From: Chromatiaceae bacterium
GTDB lineage: Bacteria; Pseudomonadota; Gammaproteobacteria; Chromatiales; Chromatiaceae
Direction: 5' to 3'
DNA: 64,000 bases
Assembly (NCBI GenBank): GCA_044228695.1
Contig: JBGAUK010000003.1
Coordinates: 27,380-91,379, forward strand
Below, one piece after another: positions 29,595-37,128 of the stretch. A model generated the notes under the pieces. It saw nothing but the letters and a program-made list of their open reading frames with translations. It searched no databases and had not been told where the DNA came from. The first letter of the stretch is position 1, and each line of letters opens with the position of its first letter. Both the position numbers and the translations under genes were made by a program.

Positions 29595-30892
29595 CCGCTA
29601 ATCCCGAATCCTGGGGCCGCTATCCCAGGGCGACGCCCGCCAGAATCAGCCGCCTCACCAACCGCCTGGCCCCGCTACCGGAAAGTGATCTGCCACTGCT
29701 GGTGTACGGCAATGGCCGCAGCTACGGCGACGTCTGCCTCAATGACGGCGGTCAGGTGCTGCTCGCGCGGGGTCTGGACCGTTTCATCGCCTTTGATCCG
29801 GAGACCGGCATCCTGCGGGCCGAGGCCGGCGTTCTCCTGTCCGAGATCCTGGAGCTGGTGGTCCCCCAGGGCTGGTTCCTGCCCGTCACCCCCGGCACCC
29901 GCTTCATCACCCTGGGCGGGGCCGTGGCCAATGACGTCCACGGCAAGAATCACCACGGCGCCGGCACCTTTGGCTGCCATGTGCGCGCCCTGGAGTTGGT
30001 ACGCTCCGATGGCAGTCGGCGGGTCTGTGCGCCGGGCGAAAACCCGGACTGGTTTGCCGCCACCATCGGGGGTCTGGGCCTGACCGGACTCATCACCTGG
30101 GTGGAAATCCAGCTCCGGGCCATCGCGGGTCCCTGGATTCAGGCCGAGAGTCGGCGTTTCCGCACACTGGCTGACTTCTTTACCCTGTCGGAAGCATCGG
30201 ATCGGAACCATGAATTCACCGTGGCCTGGGTCGATTGCGCCGCGCGCGGGGCCAAGCTGGGCCGGGGCATCCTCCTGAGCGGTGACTTCGCCCCCGGGGA
30301 CCTGGGGACCGGTAAGCCCCCCCAGTCCCATGGCCGGCTCACCGTCCCGGTAACCCCTCCGCTGTCCCTGATCAACGCGCTCAGCCTCAAGGCCTTCAAT
30401 GCCCTCTACTATCGCAAGCCCGAGGGGGCCTTCCTCAGCCACTATGCTCCATTCTTCTATCCCCTAGACGGTATCGGCCACTGGAACCGGATTTACGGAC
30501 CCAAGGGCTTTTTGCAGTATCAATGCGTACTGCCACCGGCCGCGGCAGAACCGGCGCTACGCGACTTGCTGGGGCGCATCGCCGCCAGCGGGGAGGGCTC
30601 CTTTCTGGCGGTGCTCAAGCGCTTTGGTGATAAAACCTCGCCAGGACTGCTGTCCTTCCCGCGGCCAGGGGTGACCATTGCCTTGGACTTTCCCTTTAAG
30701 GGCGAGGCAACGCTGCGCCTGCTGGATAGCCTGGATGCCGTGGTCGCGGCGTCCGGCGGGGCCCTCTATCCGGCCAAGGATGCTCGGATGAGTCCGGAGA
30801 TATTTCGGCGGTCATTTCCATTAGTGGAGCGATTTCTGCCTTTTCTGGATATTAGTTTCTCTTCGGGGTTATGGAAGAGATTGGTCAAATAA
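29591..30892 (+). CDS. FAD-binding oxidoreductase, DprE1-like (polyprenyl-phospho-ribose 2'-oxidase candidate)
   Basis: PCMH-type FAD-binding N-terminus with YGNGRSYGDVCLN and GGAVANDVHGKNHH. The start overlaps the previous stop (ATGA). Confidence 0.8.
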   Translation: MTANPESWGRYPRATPARISRLTNRLAPLPESDLPLLVYGNGRSYGDVCLNDGGQVLLARGLDRFIAFDPETGILRAEAGVLLSEILELVVPQGWFLPVTPGTRFITLGGAVANDVHGKNHHGAGTFGCHVRALELVRSDGSRRVCAPGENPDWFAATIGGLGLTGLITWVEIQLRAIAGPWIQAESRRFRTLADFFTLSEASDRNHEFTVAWVDCAARGAKLGRGILLSGDFAPGDLGTGKPPQSHGRLTVPVTPPLSLINALSLKAFNALYYRKPEGAFLSHYAPFFYPLDGIGHWNRIYGPKGFLQYQCVLPPAAAEPALRDLLGRIAASGEGSFLAVLKRFGDKTSPGLLSFPRPGVTIALDFPFKGEATLRLLDSLDAVVAASGGALYPAKDARMSPEIFRRSFPLVERFLPFLDISFSSGLWKRLVK

Positions 30893-30911
30893 GGTTTTTA
30901 GGAGTCTGTTT

Positions 30912-31565
30912 ATGCCTTCCTTGGTTAATGATTTTTTTCGTCGTCCTGCGTCGTCCCTGATTTTTGTATTGTTGATGGGTGTGATTGTATATATTGGTAT
31001 TATGCATTTCAAATATAACTCAGAATACGGACTTGATGATAGTTATATAACCTACCGTTACGCCTATAATTTTGCAGAGGGGTATGGTCTCGTTTTCAAT
31101 CCCGGCGAAAAACATTATGGTTCAACCGCAGCTGGTTATGCGATTATAGTTGGATCAATTTCCAAGGCAATAGCCTTTGCCGGCACATTCCTCGGGATTA
31201 ATGAACCTAATAATTGGGACCTGCGATATCTGATTCCAATCGTATCGCATACCATAAGCACATTTTCATTAATGGTCGGGGCGCTTATTTTGGTTTTAAT
31301 CTCAAGGAATGCTTTAGGAGCTATGGCAGGCAACATGGCTGGGGGATTCACTGTGCTAATGTTATTTTTCTCAAATCCCTCAAGCAGCGTTGTCGGACAT
31401 GAAACCTATTTATTTCTTGTGCTTTGGCTTTTATCTTCATACCTTGCTATATTTCTTAGTCGATATTTTTTGAGTGCTATCGTATTAGCTGTTGCTACCA
31501 CAGTGAGGCCTGACAGCATTCTTTTTGCAGGTATTTTATTTATAGCAATCGGTTTTTCAGTTTAA
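30912..31565 (+). CDS. GT-C-like polytopic glycosyltransferase, N-terminal fragment (217 aa)
   Basis: Strongly AT-rich. A good AGGAG SD is present. An acidic loop motif GLDDSYITYRYAYNFAEGYGLVFNPGE follows the first TM helix, then more TM helices. The fragment ends at a TAA next to T5 and A8 homopolymers. Confidence 0.65.
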   Translation: MPSLVNDFFRRPASSLIFVLLMGVIVYIGIMHFKYNSEYGLDDSYITYRYAYNFAEGYGLVFNPGEKHYGSTAAGYAIIVGSISKAIAFAGTFLGINEPNNWDLRYLIPIVSHTISTFSLMVGALILVLISRNALGAMAGNMAGGFTVLMLFFSNPSSSVVGHETYLFLVLWLLSSYLAIFLSRYFLSAIVLAVATTVRPDSILFAGILFIAIGFSV

Positions 31566-31651
31566 AAAAAATAGGTCTATATAATACAATTAAGGAAACC
31601 AGGTGGCCCGCGGTTTTATACATTTCAATTATTGCCGCTTGGTTACTGTTA

Positions 31652-32542
31652 ATGTGGATATATTATGGTCAACCATTTCCTGAAACACGCATTGCAAAGC
31701 AAGCCCAAGTTGTCCTAGGACAATGGCCGCTTTTTGGTCCAAAAAAAGTTTTTAATTACCTATCCGATAATCTCAGAGTTTCTATTTTGGTGTTAATGAT
31801 ACTTTTCCTGTTGGCAAGCATTGCAAACTTTATATATTTAGTCGCAAAACGACATAACGACCTTGATATAAAAATAAATTATAATCTAAATTTACTCGCA
31901 TTCTCCGCGGTTTGGTTCATTGTAGCTATTGGACTTGTTTTTGCGTATACTATCTTAAACGTTACCTATTGGCATTGGTATGCTGTCCCCATATGGTTCG
32001 CCATTATTTGTATGTTACCCGGTCTATTCATCCCGGTTTTCGCTAATCTCAGATCTTCCTCTCTGCTTATTAATGGGTTAGGATTAGTGGGGCTTGCCAG
32101 TGTAATAGCCGCTTTTATCATTTTTGATCGTGGTCATATTTTGTGGCTATTTAATACGATGCAGGTTAAGCAGCATACTAGTAAACATATTGGCAGTTAT
32201 AATGGCGTCATCGAAATATTGCATTTAGAACACCCGGAAGGAACTTCCATAGCCACTGCGGAACCCGGGTACCTCGGATTCGCTCTTGGGCCTAATTTCC
32301 AGGTTGTAGACACACTTGGTTTAGCCAGCCCCGGTGTTGCCCGTGCTATTCTGGTAGGAGATATGGATTACCCTTTCAAGACTTGGGCACCACAATTCTT
32401 GGTTTCCGCAGCCAAGGGTAAATTTGATCCTAAACAAAGAGCCTGGTTCAAAGAGACTTATCGTCTTCATTCGGAATTAACCGATCCATACTGGACTATT
32501 AAGTTAAAGGGGCCATACCAGCTTTATGAAAAAATTAATTAA
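31652..32542 (+). CDS. GT-C-like glycosyltransferase, C-terminal fragment (296 aa from the ATG; the frame is open from 31514)
   Basis: It has the same AT-rich composition, several TM helices and a soluble C-terminal domain. There is no SD before the ATG at 31652. The frame overlaps the end of the previous fragment, so a 1-nt indel would fuse both into 543 aa. Confidence 0.65.
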   Translation: MWIYYGQPFPETRIAKQAQVVLGQWPLFGPKKVFNYLSDNLRVSILVLMILFLLASIANFIYLVAKRHNDLDIKINYNLNLLAFSAVWFIVAIGLVFAYTILNVTYWHWYAVPIWFAIICMLPGLFIPVFANLRSSSLLINGLGLVGLASVIAAFIIFDRGHILWLFNTMQVKQHTSKHIGSYNGVIEILHLEHPEGTSIATAEPGYLGFALGPNFQVVDTLGLASPGVARAILVGDMDYPFKTWAPQFLVSAAKGKFDPKQRAWFKETYRLHSELTDPYWTIKLKGPYQLYEKIN

Positions 32543-32575
32543 ATTTATCTGCTTTGTGTATAATTTGAGAAAATT

Positions 32576-33313
32576 ATGTCTCGATACTTAATAATCGGCG
32601 CCACATCCGCGCTAGCCGATCAGATTGGACGTATTCTGGCCTGCTCTGGTGCTTCGCTATATCTAACTGGTAGAGACATCAATCGGCTCAAGATATCAGT
32701 CAAGGATCTGCGACTGCGTGGTGCTATCCAAACCACTATGGAACAATTGGATGTGACGGATACCGCTAGTCTTGTCGGGCTGATTAATCGCGCGGCGACC
32801 AGTCTTGGTGGGTTGGATGCCGTTATTTTTGCGGCGGGTCAGCTCCCCGATCAAGCCCAGGTGAACGCGGATTTCGACCTGTTGCGACGCACCCTGGAAG
32901 TGAATGCCATCAGCGCCATGTTGGTGCTAAACGAGGCCGCCGCCTATTTCGAGCACCAGGGCCACGGCCAACTCGTCGCCATCGGCTCGGTCGCCGGGGA
33001 TCGTGGCCGAGCCACCAACTACGCTTATGGCGCCGCCAAGGGAGCGCTGGAGATCTTCATGTCCGGCCTCCGCCAGCGCCTGCACAAGAGCGGCGTCCAG
33101 GTGCTTCTGGTCAAGCCGGGCTTTGTCGATACGCCCATGACGGCGGATTTCCCCAAGGGGCCCCTGTGGGCCAGTCCGCAGCGAGTTGCCGAAGACATCG
33201 TCCGGGCCATGGAGAAAGGCCGCTCGGTGATCTACACCCCCTGGTTCTGGCGCTGGATCATGCTTGTTATTCGCCATATCCCGGAGCGCCTTTTCGTGCG
33301 GCTGCGCTTCTGA
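32576..33313 (+). CDS. Short-chain dehydrogenase/reductase, DprE2-like (2'-keto reductase candidate)
   Basis: The Rossmann motif is IIGATSALADQIG. The catalytic region has YGAAKGAL (YxxxK). Confidence 0.8.
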   Translation: MSRYLIIGATSALADQIGRILACSGASLYLTGRDINRLKISVKDLRLRGAIQTTMEQLDVTDTASLVGLINRAATSLGGLDAVIFAAGQLPDQAQVNADFDLLRRTLEVNAISAMLVLNEAAAYFEHQGHGQLVAIGSVAGDRGRATNYAYGAAKGALEIFMSGLRQRLHKSGVQVLLVKPGFVDTPMTADFPKGPLWASPQRVAEDIVRAMEKGRSVIYTPWFWRWIMLVIRHIPERLFVRLRF

Positions 33314-34278
33314 TGGCCAGGGACCCCGGCGCGCAAGATCCGGCCCCCGACCCGCGGTTGCAACGGCGCCTTCGTCAGGTGGCGCTGGTCGCGGCCCTGG
33401 CCGTGCTCGCCTATCTGGGGTTGGCGGTGCTGGGGGACGGCGACCTGATGCGGGATGGGCTCCAGCGGCTGGGACCCGGCCAATGGTTGGCGCTCCTCGG
33501 GCTGTCTCTGTTCAACTATGGGATGCGCTTCCTGCGCTGGCACACCTACCTGCGGGCGCTGGGCGCGCGGATTCCCTTGGGGCGGGACCTGCTCATCTAT
33601 GTCGCCGGCTTCGCCTTCACCGTCACCCCGGGCAAGGCGGGTGAGGCGGTACGCTCCTTCTACCTGCGTGGGGTGGGGGTGCCCTGGTCGCCCGGCCTGG
33701 CGGCGTTGGCCGTGGAGCGGGTGCTGGATCTCACGGTCATCCTGATGCTGGCGGCGCTGGCGCTGCGGGTATTCGCTGACCAGGCCGTGCCGGCCTTGCT
33801 GCTGGTAGGGCTAGTGGCGGGACTGCTGGTAGGGGTGACGCGCCCGCGGGTGGCGCGCGCCCTGTTGGGGCGGCTCCCCCCGGGTGGGCGCTGGGGGCGC
33901 CTGGCGCGGGGCACGACGGCGATTCTGGACGACGCCCGCTTGCTGCTGGCGCCCCGGCGACTCCTGGTGGGTCTGGGCTTGGGGTTATTGGCCTGGGGCG
34001 CCGAGGCCTGGGGCTTTTATCTGCTGCTGCAGTGGCTCGGGGTGGCCGCCGCGCCCGGCCACGCCATGGGCATCTACGCGGTGGGGATGCTGTCAGGGGC
34101 GCTGTCCTTCCTGCCCGGGGGCCTCGGCGGCGCCGAGGCGGCCATGATCGCCCTGCTGGTCGCTGGCGGAGCGGTCTTTGGGACCGCCGTGCTGGCTACC
34201 GTCATCTGCCGGGCGGTGACCCTCTGGTTCGCGGTGGTACTGGGGATTGGGGCGGTGTTGTTAATGGGTCGCCGGTGA
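33313..34278 (+). CDS. Flippase-like polytopic membrane protein (LPG_synthase_TM / UPF0104-type)
   Basis: It shows LSLFNYGMRFLRWHTYLRALG...FTVTPGKAGEAVR plus further TM helices. The ATG at 33313 overlaps the SDR stop (TGATG). The track ORF starts earlier, inside the SDR gene. Confidence 0.7.
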   Translation: MARDPGAQDPAPDPRLQRRLRQVALVAALAVLAYLGLAVLGDGDLMRDGLQRLGPGQWLALLGLSLFNYGMRFLRWHTYLRALGARIPLGRDLLIYVAGFAFTVTPGKAGEAVRSFYLRGVGVPWSPGLAALAVERVLDLTVILMLAALALRVFADQAVPALLLVGLVAGLLVGVTRPRVARALLGRLPPGGRWGRLARGTTAILDDARLLLAPRRLLVGLGLGLLAWGAEAWGFYLLLQWLGVAAAPGHAMGIYAVGMLSGALSFLPGGLGGAEAAMIALLVAGGAVFGTAVLATVICRAVTLWFAVVLGIGAVLLMGRR

Positions 34279-34402
34279 GGCGGTAGGAGCCCAGCCCCCT
34301 GGGCGACTCCTCGGCGTTTCAGCCGATCAGGCTCCAGAGGCCCCTGGAAAATCCCAAAACGCAATACCCCGCCAACCGACGCCTACCGGGGTTTGACCCC
34401 TT

Positions 34403-36112
34403 TCAGGTACCCGCCCGCGTTAAGTCCGCCTGCTGCTCTTCAACGGCAGCCATGGCCTCATCCTGATAGTGATAGCCGGGTCGCTCCGTGTCCTTTTTGA
34501 CCCGCCGATAGAGGCGCCAGACCCGCCAGGCATAGGCGAGCAAACCTGAATAGGTGGTCCAGATCTCGCCGAGGCGGCGGGGGTAGAAGACCCAGGGCGA
34601 TTCGAGGGGGAGTTGCGGGCGACGCTCGGTGCGGACCTTGCGGCGAAGGAAGCCACCCTGGAGGGGATGCACCCGCTCGAACTTGAAGCAGCCGTAAAAT
34701 TCCAGCGCTATCTCCATGATGCGCTTCGGATTACGGTCGAATGCCGCGGCCCGCCGCATCAGGGTCTCCAGATGGTCCAGGGCGTAATAGGAGTCCCAGG
34801 CCTGGCGATAAATGTCTTGCCACTCCGTCTTAGTCATGCGGGGATGGGTGGTGCAGACATGCTCCAGGTCATAGCGATTCAGGTCAGGCTCCAGGGGCGC
34901 GCCCCGTTGGTAAAGGGCCAGGTGATCCGCCGAGCCCGGCAGGGGCGTCAGGCAGAAGAATTCCAGGATGTCGAGGGGCAGTTCACGCTTGATGGTCTCA
35001 ATGTCCCTGAGGATGCTGGCCGGGGTGTCGTCCGGGAAACCCAGGATATAGCCGCAATAGGTGGTCACCCGCTGCCGCTGCCAGGCCAGGAGCATGCCGC
35101 GGTAGTTGGCGATCTTGTTCTGCTTCTTGTTGGCGGACTTGAGGTTGTCAGCGCTGACGGTCTCCAGGCCGATAAAGACCCGGGAGACGCCCGCCGCCCG
35201 GGCCTTGACGACAAAGCCCGGTAGGGTGTGGCACATGGTGTCCACCTGGATGGTGAAGTTGAACTTGACCTCCAGTTCCCGCCGGACCTGCGCGATGCGG
35301 TCGAAGATGGGCTCCCAATTGCGGTTGCGGGCAAAGTTGTCGTCGGTGATGAAATAGTGACGGATGCCATGGGCCAGGTTGGCCCGTAGCAGTTGCTCAA
35401 TGTCGTCCGGGTCGCGGAAGCGGGACTTGCGCCCCTGGACATTGATGATGGTGCAAAAGCTGCACAGGAAGGGGCAGCCGCGGCCGGCATCGAAGGTACC
35501 CGGCATAGGGGCATAACGCCGCGCCACCTCGGGCGGCAGATAGGGCAGGGCCTGACCCTGGAGCCCGGGCAACTGGGCCATGAAGTTGTAGATAGGCTCC
35601 AGGCGCCGCTCGTAAGCCGCGCGCAGCAGGTCCGCGAAGTGCTCCTCCGCCTCGCCGGCGAAGAGGGTGATGCCCAGATCGAGCGCCTCTTGCAACTCCC
35701 CGGGCAGGTCCGGGAGCATGGCCAGACAGCCGCTGACATGAAAACCGCCGATCGCCACCTGCAGGCCCGCCTGACGAAAGCGGCGCGCCAGGTCGAGGGC
35801 GCGGGGATACTGGTTGGACTGGACCCCCACCAGGCAGACCAGCCCCTGCCCGCCGTTTGCCTGGAGGCGGCGGATGATCCGCGCCACCGGCACCACGGCA
35901 TTGGTCTCGTCATAGGCCTCGATGCCGATCTCCACCCCCGCGCCGAGCACCCCTTGCTGGTTGGCGGCGCGGGCCAGTCCAAAGAGACAAGCCAGGGAGT
36001 TCGAGGGAATCCAGGCCTTGACCCATTGAATGACATAACCCTCATCGTCGTAATGGGAGGGCTTGATCAGTTCCACCAGAAAGTGGCGGCGGGCGGGCTT
36101 GTGGCTGTTCAT
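34403..36112 (-). CDS. Class B (B12-binding domain) radical SAM protein, function unknown
   Basis: The CxxxCxxC motif is GCPFLCSFC. The N-terminal region is B12-binding-like. The likely start is the ATG at 36112 (MNSHKPARR), with AAGGA upstream. The track ORF extends to 36328. Confidence 0.85.
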   Translation of the reverse strand: MNSHKPARRHFLVELIKPSHYDDEGYVIQWVKAWIPSNSLACLFGLARAANQQGVLGAGVEIGIEAYDETNAVVPVARIIRRLQANGGQGLVCLVGVQSNQYPRALDLARRFRQAGLQVAIGGFHVSGCLAMLPDLPGELQEALDLGITLFAGEAEEHFADLLRAAYERRLEPIYNFMAQLPGLQGQALPYLPPEVARRYAPMPGTFDAGRGCPFLCSFCTIINVQGRKSRFRDPDDIEQLLRANLAHGIRHYFITDDNFARNRNWEPIFDRIAQVRRELEVKFNFTIQVDTMCHTLPGFVVKARAAGVSRVFIGLETVSADNLKSANKKQNKIANYRGMLLAWQRQRVTTYCGYILGFPDDTPASILRDIETIKRELPLDILEFFCLTPLPGSADHLALYQRGAPLEPDLNRYDLEHVCTTHPRMTKTEWQDIYRQAWDSYYALDHLETLMRRAAAFDRNPKRIMEIALEFYGCFKFERVHPLQGGFLRRKVRTERRPQLPLESPWVFYPRRLGEIWTTYSGLLAYAWRVWRLYRRVKKDTERPGYHYQDEAMAAVEEQQADLTRAGT

Positions 36113-36209
36113 GGGGGGTCCTTGGCAGTGGCATCGGCGGGGTACCCCGTGGCGCCCGGCCTGTTTCATCCGATCAGCGCCTGGGAGGGTCGCCCAAGGG
36201 GCTGGGCTC

Positions 36210-37124
36210 CTACCGTGGCCGGAAGAAAGGATGTCCTTCGAAGGACAGGGCGACGCCATCGGGCAGGATCTCCTCCACCAGGATGCCGCCCCGAGACAAG
36301 TCGCCTTGACGCAACTTGCGGCCGTCAATCACGACGAAACGCTTGGCCGGTTCCGCATCGTAAATGTGGACGGTGAGGAGGAAGGACGGCAAACGCTCCT
36401 CGACTTCGCGGGGCAGGCGGCGCTCCTGGGGGGGGACCGGCTTCTGATTGTTCGCCTTTTTGGCAGCCTTGCCACCCTCCCCGCCTTTGATCTGGTCCTT
36501 GAAGGACTGGATATCCTGACGCAGGTCGTCGGGGATGCCGTCCGCTGGACGGGATGCCACGCCGGCGCTGTCATCCATGCCCTCGGGGGCACCGTCGGAC
36601 GCTTCGCTCCCCGCCTCCACCAGGGTGTCATCCTCACGCGCCGCCGACCGCACCGGGGGCGGGGCGGGCGGCGCCGAGCCAGAGTTAACGACGGGGGGGG
36701 CGACGGGAGAAAGCGCGGCGGGCGGCGCGGCCGAGGGTGTGGGTGATGCAGTGGGCGACAACCCCGGCGAGACCGACAGGGGCGCCGAGGCTGGGGCTGG
36801 CGTGGCCGTGGCCGGGATCGACGCGAGCGCGGGGCTGGCCCCCGACGCGGGAGCGGCCACGGGGGCACCAACCGGGGCAGGCCCCGCTGGCTGGGTCACG
36901 GGAGAGGCCAAGGTGCTCGCGGGGGGCGCCATCTCGGGGCCGGCGCGCAGGGCGGCATAGAGGGCGATCGCGACGGCAAGGCCGGCGAGGGCCACGGCGG
37001 CCAGCCCCCGGAAATTGCCGCCGCTGTCCTGACTCGTAAAGAGGGGTTGGGTGGCGAGGGTCGGCACCTGCCCGATCTCGCGATCCTGCTGGGATTTGCG
37101 TAAGGCCTCAAGGATATAGGACAT
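36210..37124 (-). CDS. gspB: General secretion pathway protein B (GspB/ExeB-like)
   Basis: MSYILEALRKSQQDRE at the N-terminus, one TM segment, a long Pro/Ala/Ser-rich linker, and a C-terminal LTVHIYDAEPAKRFVVIDGRKLRQGD domain. The start is at 37124, 5 nt after the exeA stop. Confidence 0.8.
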   Translation of the reverse strand: MSYILEALRKSQQDREIGQVPTLATQPLFTSQDSGGNFRGLAAVALAGLAVAIALYAALRAGPEMAPPASTLASPVTQPAGPAPVGAPVAAPASGASPALASIPATATPAPASAPLSVSPGLSPTASPTPSAAPPAALSPVAPPVVNSGSAPPAPPPVRSAAREDDTLVEAGSEASDGAPEGMDDSAGVASRPADGIPDDLRQDIQSFKDQIKGGEGGKAAKKANNQKPVPPQERRLPREVEERLPSFLLTVHIYDAEPAKRFVVIDGRKLRQGDLSRGGILVEEILPDGVALSFEGHPFFRPR

Positions 37125-37128
37125 GGCG

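Noticed and set aside
36680-36700. G8/C8 homopolymer runs inside coding regions: about 36688 in gspB, about 37845 in exeA, and 60473-60480 in the NuoM-like gene.
   Set aside because: All host ORFs are intact and the genome is GC-rich. There is no evidence of phase variation.
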